Shown here: piece after piece, positions 18,166-28,525 of the stretch
Layout: each line of letters begins with the position of its first letter
Position numbering within the stretch: position 1 is the stretch's first letter
DNA from: a virus
Lineage: Duplodnaviria; Caudoviricetes
IMG/VR virus record: IMGVR_UViG_3300042473_001546
Span: 7,399-71,398 of that record
DNA length: 64,000 nt
Reading direction: 5' to 3' (one strand)
The notes under the pieces: model-generated
Seen by the model: only the letters and a program-made list of their open reading frames with translations
Told to the model about the DNA's origin: nothing
Database searches by the model: none
Translations under genes and position numbers: made by a program

Positions 18166-19833
18166 ATGAGTATTACCAAGTTGGCTGAGCCCAAGAAAAA
18201 AATCACCAAGTCGTCACCTGGCACTTCCCTATTGTTCAAGCATTTTCGCACACAACTTGTGAAAGACACGCACACTGGTGTGGAAGAGCTTGTGGTGGAA
18301 ATGAACCGTGCACCGTTGCGCGACATTTGCCGGCAGTATCTGAACCTTGAAGGGCTCTATGACGATGTGCCAAAGATCCATGCCACTATGCTGTTTGATT
18401 GCATTGATCGACTGCGGCAAGCTGCCCGGCGAGAAAAAAGTGCAGCCGTTGAAGAGCTGCTAAAGCTCCTCGAACTGGAAAACAAACAGGCACTGGGTCG
18501 CCTCCAGAATCAACTGGACAAGGGGGTCATTAGCTTTGGGCTGCTGAGCCATTTGTTCAACAGCGGGACCGAAATTGTTGTCATGAATGACGAGCCGCTT
18601 GCTGGTGTGGTTACAGATACACGATATCGACAAAGCCTTTTTGGCGATTATCTGGAAATCTTTTTTGAACGCCTGGAAAGTGACGGCAAGGAAATCAGCA
18701 CTGTTCGCGACAGCGTGCGAGTGCAACGATTCTCCGGACTTCGTGAGGTAAATCGGCTTTCAGTTCGCATTCTGGACGCACACTGGCGAGAAGTGCTCAC
18801 TGCTCGTGGGCGCAAGTATGTGCAAGTGGCCCAAGGTGCTCACTACCAAAACTACACTGGCCAAATGCAGATCAAGGGTTGGTGGAGTTGGAGTCCTCTG
18901 CGTGCAGATGGGCGCATCATGGTTGACATCAAGACCTATAACCAGTTTTGCAGTCGCGATAGCGATGATGACAGCGATTATGACGGTGACGACTCTCATG
19001 ACAACACAGTGTCTGAAGATCAGCTGTGGCGTTGCAGCCCTTATATCCTCGGCTTCAGTTTTGCCACCAAGCAATGGGGTCGTTTTTCTGTCAGCCGCAT
19101 TCAAGACATTCAGTTCCGAGATGCAGCATTTGATCAGCTTGTGCTGGCTCCAGAAAAGAAGGAGCTGATTCGGAGCCTTGTGGTTGACAGCAGCAGTGGG
19201 TTCCAAGACATTATCAGCGGCAAAGGTGGTGGCTGCATCTTTCTGCTGCATGGCGAACCAGGTGTGGGCAAGACCCTTACTGCTGAAGCTGTTAGCGAAC
19301 TGCTGCACCGTCCACTCTACTCTGTAAGTGTTGGCGAGCTGGGAGTTGACATCGAAAGCCTTGAAAAGAACTTGCGTCGCATCCTTGATGTGGCACAGAT
19401 TTGGGATGCAGTTATTCTCATCGACGAGGCAGACATTTTCCTTGAAAAGCGAGGAAATGACATTGTTCGAAATTCCCTCTGTGCGGTTTTCTTGCGTCTT
19501 TTGGAATATCATCAGGGCGTAATGTTCCTCACCACCAACCGTGTGAAGGAATTTGATCCAGCTTTTTATAGCCGAATCTCAATTGCACTTCGTTATGGCA
19601 ATCTGCAAGCTGAGGCGCGAGAACAGGTTTGGACCAACCTACTGGCTGCTGCTGGTATTGATGGCTTGGATCCTGCAGAACTGGCTGAGGTTGAGATCAA
19701 CGGGCGACAGATCAAAACGATCATTCGCCTAGCACAAGGCCTTGCGCGTCAACAAGGTGTGCCTGTGGGGATTCAACATGTGAACCAAACACTGGACATT
19801 GGGCGTCAATTTTTCGAAGACATCAAAGCCTAA
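18166..19833 (+). CDS. AAA+ ATPase
   Basis: GEPGVGKT, ILIDEADIFL, FLRLLEY..GVMFLTTNR, SRI, NGRQIK. Confidence 0.9.
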   Translation: MSITKLAEPKKKITKSSPGTSLLFKHFRTQLVKDTHTGVEELVVEMNRAPLRDICRQYLNLEGLYDDVPKIHATMLFDCIDRLRQAARREKSAAVEELLKLLELENKQALGRLQNQLDKGVISFGLLSHLFNSGTEIVVMNDEPLAGVVTDTRYRQSLFGDYLEIFFERLESDGKEISTVRDSVRVQRFSGLREVNRLSVRILDAHWREVLTARGRKYVQVAQGAHYQNYTGQMQIKGWWSWSPLRADGRIMVDIKTYNQFCSRDSDDDSDYDGDDSHDNTVSEDQLWRCSPYILGFSFATKQWGRFSVSRIQDIQFRDAAFDQLVLAPEKKELIRSLVVDSSSGFQDIISGKGGGCIFLLHGEPGVGKTLTAEAVSELLHRPLYSVSVGELGVDIESLEKNLRRILDVAQIWDAVILIDEADIFLEKRGNDIVRNSLCAVFLRLLEYHQGVMFLTTNRVKEFDPAFYSRISIALRYGNLQAEAREQVWTNLLAAAGIDGLDPAELAEVEINGRQIKTIIRLAQGLARQQGVPVGIQHVNQTLDIGRQFFEDIKA

Positions 19834-19879
19834 ACAAAAGTGTGGATGCTGTAAGGCATCCACACTTTAAATACTCTCG

Positions 19880-20461
19880 ATGACATATAACATATTGGCT
19901 ATTCATGGGGCGTTCAGCACGCCCCTTATTTTTGGTTTTTTGAAACACGAGCTATCCCAGTTCAACTGGAGGTTTGTGGACTATCCCTTACAACCAGACA
20001 ATATTCAGTCTGTGCTCACTAGGGCTCAAGAATTTGAGGCAGGATCAAGCCACTACCATGTTGTTGGTCACAGCATGGGAGGATTGGTTGCCTTAAGCTT
20101 GAGCTCATTGCCTTGGGTTAAAAGTGTCACTACAATAGCAACGCCGTTGGGCGGTATTGATCTCACCCCCTTCCAAAGGTGGGTCAATCGAAGCCATTTT
20201 TTGAATGAAATCACACCCAACAGCAAGCTAGTTAAAACACTGCGAACAAACAGCTATTCTCAACCCATTCAACACATCATTAGCACAAAAGGATTCAATC
20301 CTTGGTTATGGGAAGACAATGATGGTGTAGTAACCCTTCGCAGCCAAAGAAGTTGGGGTGCTGGCTCCAGAATTGAAGTTCCAGCCAGCCATTCAGAGGT
20401 AATGTTGCATCCCACGACAGCACAAACTCTCCGCGATTTTTGGACATTTGACACACACTAA
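19880..20461 (+). CDS. Alpha/beta hydrolase (lipase/esterase-like)
   Basis: IHGA, GHSMGG, NDGVV, SHSEV. Confidence 0.88.
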   Translation: MTYNILAIHGAFSTPLIFGFLKHELSQFNWRFVDYPLQPDNIQSVLTRAQEFEAGSSHYHVVGHSMGGLVALSLSSLPWVKSVTTIATPLGGIDLTPFQRWVNRSHFLNEITPNSKLVKTLRTNSYSQPIQHIISTKGFNPWLWEDNDGVVTLRSQRSWGAGSRIEVPASHSEVMLHPTTAQTLRDFWTFDTH

Positions 20462-20495
20462 TTTGTATGTGTAGCCTAAACAGGCTCGTGAAACA

Positions 20496-22031
20496 CTAAA
20501 AAGTCGAAGCTGTCAAATCTACTGTTATCCCAGTGATATTGGGGTCATCTGGATTTGGTGCAATAACGTCAAACACATCTCCCGGAAGGAAAGTCTCTGC
20601 CGCAGCACACGTTAGCGTGGCAACAGTCCCAGCAGCCGCAAAGTCTGCAGTTGCAAAGGGAGTGCCATTTCTGCGGAATGTCAAGGTGTAAGGGGCTGCT
20701 GGCCCAGTCAAAGACCTTACGCTACTGCCTGCCAAGGAAATTTGAAACTCAACTGATACACTCATCACATCATAAAATAGGATTTCAGAAACTCCAGGGG
20801 CAAAAATCTTTGTGAAACTGATGTTGCGGCTAGCTGCTGTTCCCACATTTGTTTGGCTGCCATTGTGTAGTATATTACCTACACCGTAGTCTGCTACACC
20901 TTGCGCAACATCAAAGTTGTCACCTATGCTTGCACAATTGACGCTGGGATTTCCAAATACCACAGCTCTGGTTCCTTCAGAGATACCGCAATTGGAAAAT
21001 CTATTGCCAGTGCTAGCTAGGCCAAAATTTGTACCATTGTAAAACACAGCAATGTTGTCTATGTCTGAAAAACTACTGGCAGTGACAGTAGTATGAGCGG
21101 GACCACCATTTACAGCTAGGCTACCCATGCATACACCGCGCCAAAGATTATTGAAACTGCAATCCACAACAGTTGTAAATCTCACGTCTTCATCAGCATA
21201 AATTCCATATGTGCAATAGCTGAATTCACAATGCAAGAAGCTGGCACGCTCAACTTCAATGGCAACTGGACTTAGATTTTGAAGCCTTACAGAAGAGTAA
21301 GGAAATAACCCACTGTCAGCAGGCACATAAGGGCCTACAAAACGAACATTGTCAAATGTAATTTTTTGATAGCGATTTAGCAACACACAGTCAATTTTGT
21401 TGCCGTTGGTGCTGACAGTTAAGTTGCGCACTGAAATGTTTTTGGGCAGTGTAGCACCGCTTGTGCCAATATTTCCACCAGTATTGCCTTGGCTGTCAGC
21501 TGTTTCCATAGCGCAAAGCAGGGACGCATCATTTACTAAAACAACAGTGTTGTCTACCCCATCACCCACTAAATTTAAGTAGGGATACAACAAAATAGAG
21601 GCTTCAATCGCGTATGTGCCAGCAGGGAGATACAAGGTTATTTGTCGGGCTTGGTCAATAACGGCTAGATTGCCTAGAGAGGTAAACAACTCTTGAATGG
21701 CAGCATTGATGGCTGGTGCGTCGTTGGTTGATCCATTGCCAGTTGCACCAAAATCTTTTACAGAGGCAAAATCATTGAGTTTGGCCCCTAACGGGCGGGC
21801 AACTGACGCCACAATTGCCAAATCTTTTGTGCGCCAAAAGTTTGTGATCAAATCATTATTTGGGCTATAAGAAGTAAGGATTTGTGTGTTGCCACCAAAG
21901 GGCTGGCCATTACCAATAAACAACTCCCGAGTATCAATACACCACCCCAATTCACCCTCATAAAGTTCTTGTGGCAGATCAGTTTTGATCCCTCTGCGAT
22001 GTTGAATGCGTGCAAATGTGGTTATGGCCAT
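20496..22031 (-). CDS. Tail fibre/spike with pectate-lyase-like beta-helix
   Basis: RIQHRRG..LP..L.EGELGW..D...LFIGNG N-terminus; SVKDFGATGNG..NDA.AI..A, LYLPAGTY. Confidence 0.8.
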   Translation of the reverse strand: MAITTFARIQHRRGIKTDLPQELYEGELGWCIDTRELFIGNGQPFGGNTQILTSYSPNNDLITNFWRTKDLAIVASVARPLGAKLNDFASVKDFGATGNGSTNDAPAINAAIQELFTSLGNLAVIDQARQITLYLPAGTYAIEASILLYPYLNLVGDGVDNTVVLVNDASLLCAMETADSQGNTGGNIGTSGATLPKNISVRNLTVSTNGNKIDCVLLNRYQKITFDNVRFVGPYVPADSGLFPYSSVRLQNLSPVAIEVERASFLHCEFSYCTYGIYADEDVRFTTVVDCSFNNLWRGVCMGSLAVNGGPAHTTVTASSFSDIDNIAVFYNGTNFGLASTGNRFSNCGISEGTRAVVFGNPSVNCASIGDNFDVAQGVADYGVGNILHNGSQTNVGTAASRNISFTKIFAPGVSEILFYDVMSVSVEFQISLAGSSVRSLTGPAAPYTLTFRRNGTPFATADFAAAGTVATLTCAAAETFLPGDVFDVIAPNPDDPNITGITVDLTASTF

Positions 22032-22168
22032 TTTTTAACTCTCTATCTTGCTCAACTCTTATTTATGAGTAGCACCGTTATATAATTTGGCATGTCGTTG
22101 TTGAGCACATAGATTCAATTTAACAAGCGACTATCTTTGTCATCACCTCAAATCCAGGAGCCATAAGT

Positions 22169-22888
22169 TTGTCTGAAATTTTGATCCAAAAACTCTTGCG
22201 CAAGACTCCAAGCCGAGAAAATCTAGTTGTTGTGCGGGCAGGGAGCAATAGCAATCACTCCTTATGGACATCTGGATGCGAAGAAACAAGGAATTGGGAC
22301 TTGTTGGTTAGCTATTACGAACCAGCGCCAAATTGGCAAGAAACCATTGGTGAAGGATGTGTGTTGCATCAGGCAAACAAGCTGTCAGCCTTAAAAGTCT
22401 ACTGGGAACAGGGTTGGTTTCAAGACTATAATTACATTTGGTTTCCTGATCCTGATCTAGAGATCAAGGGCAAGGATATTGATTTGTTGTTTGCAGCAAT
22501 GAAATTATTTGATTTAAGTCTTGCACAGCCCAGTCTCACCTTAGACAGCTACACCAGTCACAGCATTACCAAACAAGTCTTGGGTTCTGTCTTGCGTTAC
22601 ACTACATTTGTTGAAATGATGCTACCTTGTTTCTCTAAAAATGCATTGGACATTTGTGCACCATCATTTGATAGCAACACATTCATGTGGGGTATTGATC
22701 ATGTGTGGAGCAAACTGCTGGGTTATCCTGACAAAAAGATTGCAATTATCGACCAAATTTGTGTTAGACATGGAACACCTGTGGGCAGCAGCTATGATAT
22801 TCAACACGCTTACAAAGAAATGTTTCTCACGCTGGCCAGGTATAATGTAAGTGTGCGGATGGATGTGTTGGACACAATTTATCTCTAG
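22169..22888 (+). CDS. DUF707-like putative glycosyltransferase
   Basis: YNYIWFPDPDL, LAQPSL, FVEMMLPCFS, WGID.VW. Confidence 0.7.
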   Translation: MSEILIQKLLRKTPSRENLVVVRAGSNSNHSLWTSGCEETRNWDLLVSYYEPAPNWQETIGEGCVLHQANKLSALKVYWEQGWFQDYNYIWFPDPDLEIKGKDIDLLFAAMKLFDLSLAQPSLTLDSYTSHSITKQVLGSVLRYTTFVEMMLPCFSKNALDICAPSFDSNTFMWGIDHVWSKLLGYPDKKIAIIDQICVRHGTPVGSSYDIQHAYKEMFLTLARYNVSVRMDVLDTIYL

Positions 22889-22958
22889 ACATTTGGGCCA
22901 AAACTGCTAGATTTGGGTCCACGCTTTAAATAATTGGTACAGAAAAGCGAGGTATGTG

Positions 22959-23714
22959 ATGCGATCTGATATGGCTAAGGTTATTGTGGAGCGTCCCCGG
23001 GTGGGCGGCAAGTGGCACAAAAAAGGCCGGCCTGCTCGTGAGCTGGATGAAAATGCCCTTCACGAAGGCATGCGTGCGCCCTATGTTCGCCACTACAACG
23101 CCAAAGAGCTCAACGAAAATCTTGCACCGCTGCTGCGCTTTCTCAACAGTCGAGTGGGCCAGCTGTGGGACAATGTCTACAGCGAAATTTGTGAAAACAT
23201 CCGCGTTACCAATGCAGTGCAGGACCACATTCGTGTTCATGTGAAACAGTTTGTGGAGACAGCAACCAGTGTTGACAAGGAGGGCGTGATCTGGATCAAC
23301 GGGTATAGGCCCTATCCTCTGGCAGAGGACGGGTTTACGCGGTTTTACGTTGATCCTCGAGACGGCCTGCTGTGCCGCAATCCCAATCATGTGAGTTGGA
23401 CTGCTTGGCAAAAGGAATATCGAGCCCAACAGGAGAGCAAGCGACTGGAAACTGCCCGCACATTGCCCAATGGAGTGGAAATTCGCAAGCATGAGGGCAT
23501 TTGGTATGCGGTTGAGTTGGCTCCTGTGCCCACGCCAGAACTGGGAACAGGTTGGGTGGACCGCCGAGGCAACGCTCACAAGGTGCGTCGAGCAGTGAGT
23601 GTGTATGATGTGCTGCTGAAGAAGTTCATTAGCGAAACCCACGGCACCTATGTGTGCAACAAGCGGCAACTCAGCCACCAGGAACTGAAAACTTATGGAG
23701 TAACAAATGACTGA
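22959..23714 (+). CDS. Hypothetical protein
   Basis: MRSDMAKVIVERPR; SD GAGGT. Confidence 0.75.
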   Translation: MRSDMAKVIVERPRVGGKWHKKGRPARELDENALHEGMRAPYVRHYNAKELNENLAPLLRFLNSRVGQLWDNVYSEICENIRVTNAVQDHIRVHVKQFVETATSVDKEGVIWINGYRPYPLAEDGFTRFYVDPRDGLLCRNPNHVSWTAWQKEYRAQQESKRLETARTLPNGVEIRKHEGIWYAVELAPVPTPELGTGWVDRRGNAHKVRRAVSVYDVLLKKFISETHGTYVCNKRQLSHQELKTYGVTND

Positions 23715-24120
23715 CGTTAAGAAAGGTTACCTGGGTTGGGCATTGCCTTTGGAGACAAAAGATGCACTGCTGGAGAAGTTTCCTGCAGAGTATTCCCAAG
23801 TTGTGGCACATCACTGTACTTTGAAGTTTGGGGTTGATGCAGATACGCCTATGCCTACAGAAACAACTGCCACAGTAGTGGGGGTTGCTGATGACAATAA
23901 CGGTGTGCAAGCTCTTGTGCTATCCATTGGGGGTAGCACCACTCGGCCTGATGGCAGCACCTACCACATCACGTGGAGCCTTAACCCAGGTCGCAAACCA
24001 GTGGAGAGCAACGAGGTTATCAAACGGTTTGGTTGGACGCCAGCTAGTCCCTTCACCCGAATCCCCCTTGTGCCAAAATTTTTCCCACATGCACAAAAGA
24101 AAGCTGTTGACAACGCTTGA
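23707..24120 (+). CDS. 2H phosphoesterase-like protein
   Basis: Two HxT motifs (HCTL, HITW). Confidence 0.7.
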   Translation: MTDVKKGYLGWALPLETKDALLEKFPAEYSQVVAHHCTLKFGVDADTPMPTETTATVVGVADDNNGVQALVLSIGGSTTRPDGSTYHITWSLNPGRKPVESNEVIKRFGWTPASPFTRIPLVPKFFPHAQKKAVDNA

Positions 24121-24301
24121 CCTTGTGCTATAGTGCGGGGGTAACGGAGTACACGGCAATGAGCTTGGTTTGGGGCCTGTTTTTGGTGTACTTGTTTTGT
24201 TGGATGTTCCGTTTGGACTTCCCACTGGTGATGATGGCTCTGTGGAGCAGCAATCAAACCCTGCCTCGTCTCAACACCCGCAAGCTCAAGGAAATCTGGA
24301 A

Positions 24302-25456
24302 GTGAATCCAGCTGCACCCCTAACAACTCCTGCACTGCTGGAACTGCGTGATGCGTTCCAGCTGGCGGGGTTTGGCCTCAGGCTGGTTGGTGGTTGCGTA
24401 AGAGACGCACTGCTGGGCTACGTTCCAAACGACATTGACCTGCACACTGATGCTACTCCGGAAGAGGCCACTGCCATCTACGAGAGGCTGAAACTACGCT
24501 GGATCCCCACTGGCATGGATCATGGCACAGTAACCGTGGTGCTGAACGATGTCACGTATGAGATCACCAGCCTGAGGGAGGATGTCAGCACAGACGGTCG
24601 ACGTGCTGTGGTGCGCTACACCCGAGATTGGGCGGTGGACGCTGCCAGGCGGGACTTCACCATCAACAGTATGAGCATGACGCTGGATGGCGAGCTGTTT
24701 GACATCTTCGGCGGTGCCCGGGACCTGCGTGAGGGCAGGGTGCGGTTTGTGGGCTACCCAGACACTCGCATCCAGGAGGACTATCTGCGCATCCTGCGTT
24801 GGTATAGGTTCACTGCACGCTTTGGCAAGGAGTATGACGCTGATGCGCTGGCTGCTGTGAGACGGCATCGCGCGGGTCTGAGCACAATCAGTGTAGAGAG
24901 GATCTGGAGCGAGATCAAACAGATCATCACGGGCCCCAAGGGGGTAAGCACGGTTGATGACATGTGGCGTGCGCAGCTTATGGCTGGCTTTGCTGGCTTT
25001 CCTCGTGGTGCACCGTGGTATGGGCACCCCCAGGTCCCTCCTGTGCCCGATACCACCAACCCAGTCACACTGATGGTGTACATGTGGCGTGGAGAGGTAC
25101 CAGGTGTGCTGAAACACTGGAAGGCCAGCAGGGAGGAGATTGATCTGGCCCAGTATCTCGCCCACCCCGATCGGGACTGGAAGGGGAAAAATCCCTTCCG
25201 TGAGATGGCCGTGCATGGCGTCTCCCGGGAGTGGGCACGAGAGCTGGCTGCTCTCCAGAACATGGATGTGTTTGAGAGGGCTGTGCTGGACACTTGGGAG
25301 GTGCCTGAGTTTCCAGTCACTGGTTACGATCTCATCCAGATGGGCATGCGGCCAGGCCCTGATTATGGCGTGACTCTGGACCGGCTGAGGAATCTGTGGG
25401 CTGACAGTGGCTACACCTTTACCAAAGAGCAACTGCTGGCCCACATTCAGGTCTAG
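24302..25456 (+). CDS. cca: CCA-adding tRNA nucleotidyltransferase / polyA polymerase family
   Basis: VGGCVRD.LLG..P.DIDL, E.TSLR.D, DAARRDFTINSM, RIQEDYLRILR. Confidence 0.93.
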   Translation: MNPAAPLTTPALLELRDAFQLAGFGLRLVGGCVRDALLGYVPNDIDLHTDATPEEATAIYERLKLRWIPTGMDHGTVTVVLNDVTYEITSLREDVSTDGRRAVVRYTRDWAVDAARRDFTINSMSMTLDGELFDIFGGARDLREGRVRFVGYPDTRIQEDYLRILRWYRFTARFGKEYDADALAAVRRHRAGLSTISVERIWSEIKQIITGPKGVSTVDDMWRAQLMAGFAGFPRGAPWYGHPQVPPVPDTTNPVTLMVYMWRGEVPGVLKHWKASREEIDLAQYLAHPDRDWKGKNPFREMAVHGVSREWARELAALQNMDVFERAVLDTWEVPEFPVTGYDLIQMGMRPGPDYGVTLDRLRNLWADSGYTFTKEQLLAHIQV

Positions 25457-26008
25457 CGAGTGGGACGGGGCGCAATGCCCTGTCTCACCAGCTCAGCCCG
25501 GCTGGTGGCAGCATCTTGAATACCAAAAGTCTCTAGCCGCACATTGTTGCGACGGAGGAAGTCTGTGAGCACAAAATTGGGCAAGTCAGCCCCACGAATG
25601 TAGTAGTCGCCAGGCTCAACCTGTTGTGGATGATAGCCTGCCAAATCATCTTCGGGTCTACGCTGCCATCTCTTTTCCGCACGCTTCAACACCAACAGTG
25701 CAGCATGACGGTAAAAAGTCATCTGCTGTTATGTCATCAGTGCCTGTGTGTTGATCCCATTGTGGATACTGATGGCGCATTTGGCCTATGATGGCTGAGA
25801 TGCACTTGTATAACTCTGCTCGATCAGCAGCAAACACCACATTCTCCAGTGGTATGCCAGCTTCTCTATACTCTTGGTAGGCATGGGCAGTAAACTTTCC
25901 CACTTGAGGCAAGAGTCCAAAGTCCATTATATCTGGCACAAACTCTTTGAGAGTGCCGTGATAAAGAGTGCGGGGAGTGCTCTCATTGAGAAGTTCAGTT
26001 ATCAGCAT
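25453..26008 (-). pseudogene. ART-fold (LYHGT) protein split by a one-base frameshift in a T5 run
   Basis: MLITELLNE..LYHGT..I...GL.P; ...ITADDF joins YRHAALLVLK if one T at about 25713-25717 is removed. Confidence 0.55.
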
Positions 26009-26058
26009 AGTCACTTATTTATCAGGTATAGACATTTGATACACGCTCGACTACACAC

Positions 26059-26664
26059 CTAGGTGTGTAGTGTTTGCGATAGCCAATTACGGACCTGTCT
26101 TCCCACCGTACTGATTTGGATCTCAGCTTGTGTGCCCCAATTCTCCACTTCCCAGTATGCGTCCTGGAATAGATTTTTGTAGTTGGCGCGGTTATTTTCA
26201 ATTTTTTGCCAAGTATCCTTAAGGTAGTCAAAATCAACTTTGCGTCCAGTGTGCTTGAATCTTTGTTCTGCATTGGATTGTGCAACTTCAAATGGTGTTC
26301 TAACCAATATCATAGCAGCGGAATAGTTGTAAGACAAAAATTGTTGACGTTTTTGTTGATAATCTTGAAAGTTTCGTCCTGTGCCATCTATAATCATGCC
26401 CAATCCCTGGCGAAGCCAACTGAGACGGAATTTTTCAGCTTGGGCAGACAGGGGGTGCGGTGAAAAATCAATATTTTCTAGATTAGTTTGCGATCGTTGC
26501 ATAAGTTGCGCAAGACTATCAGGATCAACAACTTTCAAAGATCTGCCAAAAATACGAGTTCTAACTGTGGTTTTGCCTGATCCTGGGCTTCCTGCCATGA
26601 ACACCACTTTGCGGTTGAACTGGTCATGCAGGCCGTCATGCAGGATTAAATCGTAAATTCTCAT
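26059..26664 (-). CDS. Zeta-toxin-like/AAA_33 P-loop kinase
   Basis: MAGSPGSGKT, VDPD, IIDGTG, R....GR.V. Confidence 0.8.
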   Translation of the reverse strand: MRIYDLILHDGLHDQFNRKVVFMAGSPGSGKTTVRTRIFGRSLKVVDPDSLAQLMQRSQTNLENIDFSPHPLSAQAEKFRLSWLRQGLGMIIDGTGRNFQDYQQKRQQFLSYNYSAAMILVRTPFEVAQSNAEQRFKHTGRKVDFDYLKDTWQKIENNRANYKNLFQDAYWEVENWGTQAEIQISTVGRQVRNWLSQTLHT

Positions 26665-26688
26665 TGTCTTATTTACACGGTTTGGTAG

Positions 26689-27558
26689 CTATGTGCCTTT
26701 GGGCGGCACACCAAACCTCTGCGCAACAGCATCACCCCACACATCTAGTTTGAGTGCATAATATTCGCCTGAGATGTAGACTTCAACTTCTGATTCCAGA
26801 GCTTGTTCGAGATGGTCTTTTCTTGGTTGATACATGTCAACAAAAGCGTCCATATCAACATCTCCTATTTCAAGATCTTCATCTTCAAGATCATCCTCGT
26901 CTTCATCATCGCCAACATTCCAGTTGGTGAGATGGCTGGGGATGCGCGGCATGGGTATCTCCATTTCATCACAAAATTCCTCTACTTTTTCCATTATCTC
27001 CTCTAGAGTATCGGTGGGCTGTAGACCTGCAAAAGGCGGATACATGAGGTCCAATTGCTTTTGCGCATCAGGATATTTCTTGACCCATTGACGTATCCAG
27101 GCTATGAGCTCAGCGGCTATCTGTTGAGTGTTAGATTCATTTTTGAGAGGAATCTGCTGAATGTGATATAGGTCAAGATCATGCTGATTGGTGTAAGTAA
27201 ACTGGTGTTTGCCGTCTATTGGAAATATTATATAGACTGTTCCATAATTTTTTGCTCGAATAGGATCGCTTGTGGCAAAGATGCTACTGCTGCGCAGTGC
27301 AGAGAATCCCAGGCGCGTCAAAGCTTGGTCAAACAAATCTGAAAATTCTTTTTTGCTGGTTTTGGGATTTCTGTAGCTGGTGGTTGCCATGTAGGCGATT
27401 TTGCCAGGATTTTGACCTCTCAACAGCCATTTACCGGCTATTTTTACCGCTGCAAGATATTGTTTGCAGTCTCTCTCAATAGCATCAAGCCATTCTCCTT
27501 CAGATTGTTCGAAGATTTTTGAATGACGCCGCATGGCAATTATTTCACGAATTCTCAT
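26689..27558 (-). CDS. Hypothetical protein, possible ART-like fold
   Basis: MRIREII; LLRG...IFATSD....YG.VYIIFP...EVYI. Confidence 0.6.
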   Translation of the reverse strand: MRIREIIAMRRHSKIFEQSEGEWLDAIERDCKQYLAAVKIAGKWLLRGQNPGKIAYMATTSYRNPKTSKKEFSDLFDQALTRLGFSALRSSSIFATSDPIRAKNYGTVYIIFPIDGKHQFTYTNQHDLDLYHIQQIPLKNESNTQQIAAELIAWIRQWVKKYPDAQKQLDLMYPPFAGLQPTDTLEEIMEKVEEFCDEMEIPMPRIPSHLTNWNVGDDEDEDDLEDEDLEIGDVDMDAFVDMYQPRKDHLEQALESEVEVYISGEYYALKLDVWGDAVAQRFGVPPKGT

Positions 27559-27695
27559 CTAAATTCTGTTTCCGTTCAAAAGGCATTTGCGTTATTTAAC
27601 AAGTTAAGGCAATCCGAGCAGGTCTGGCTCCTGATTTTTGTTCTAGGCACAGCACACTTTCCTGCTAATATGACAACATAAGAAAGGATTCAATT

Positions 27696-28127
27696 ATGGT
27701 TGATTCTCAGGATACGGCTGAGGCCCAAGTGCGAGTGGGTGTTGGAGTAATGCTCCTTGCGCCAAATGGTTATGTGCTCATGCGCCGGCAGGGTAGTCAC
27801 GGCGAGGGTGAGTGGAGTTTTCCCGGAGGGCATCTCGAGTTTTCAGAGACTGTGCTGGACTGTGCCCGGCGAGAGGTCGCCGAAGAGCTGGGTGTCATGC
27901 TGAAAGATCCTTGCACTGTGCCACTGTTCACAGAGGATTTTTTCCCAGAGCATCAGCGCCACTATATCACAGTCTACGTCACAGGCTGGTGTGAGGAAAC
28001 TCCGCGCATTCTTGAACCGGAAAAGTGCAGTCAACTCAAGATGGTCACACTGGGCGACAGTCTCCCCACTCCCACCTTCAGCGGTGTGGAGCGGGTTTGG
28101 GAATACAAGAGCCGCAGCATCATCTGA
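27696..28127 (+). CDS. Nudix hydrolase
   Basis: W.FPGGHLEFSE....CARREVAEELG Nudix box; EPEKC. Confidence 0.92.
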   Translation: MVDSQDTAEAQVRVGVGVMLLAPNGYVLMRRQGSHGEGEWSFPGGHLEFSETVLDCARREVAEELGVMLKDPCTVPLFTEDFFPEHQRHYITVYVTGWCEETPRILEPEKCSQLKMVTLGDSLPTPTFSGVERVWEYKSRSII

Positions 28128-28189
28128 CTATAAGAGATTGACACTGGCGCAGATTGTGCTAGTATGGTGGATGAAAAGGAGCCTATTGG

Positions 28190-28525
28190 ATGACTTACAC
28201 TCTGTTCCTTGATGATGTTCGCGATCCCAGCTGGGCTTATCCCCATGAGGACACTGGCGAGTGGATTGTATGCCGGAGCTTTGATGAGGCTGTGGCTGTG
28301 TGTGAGGATCTAGGCTGTCCAAGTGAGGTAAGCTTGGATCACGATCTCGGCGATGGCACGCCCACTGGCTATGACTTTGCACATTGGCTCATCTCCAAGG
28401 ACATGGATGCACCTTTTTTCCCTGATGGTTTTCGATATCAAACTCACAGTGCCAATCCCGTAGGCGCTGAAAACATTCGCCAGCTTTTGAAAGGTTATTT
28501 TCAACACAAAGGAGTTTCCAAGTGA
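28190..28525 (+). CDS. Cyclic-phosphate-processing receiver-like domain protein
   Basis: LFLDDVR, SLDHDLG, TGYD, HSANPVG. Confidence 0.8.
   Translation: MTYTLFLDDVRDPSWAYPHEDTGEWIVCRSFDEAVAVCEDLGCPSEVSLDHDLGDGTPTGYDFAHWLISKDMDAPFFPDGFRYQTHSANPVGAENIRQLLKGYFQHKGVSK

Noticed and set aside
24494-25444. 316-aa antisense ORF (also 18760-19512, 22926-23678, 41017-41796, 42660-43490, 46362-47156)
   Set aside because: Shadows of GC-rich sense genes with clear motifs or promoters
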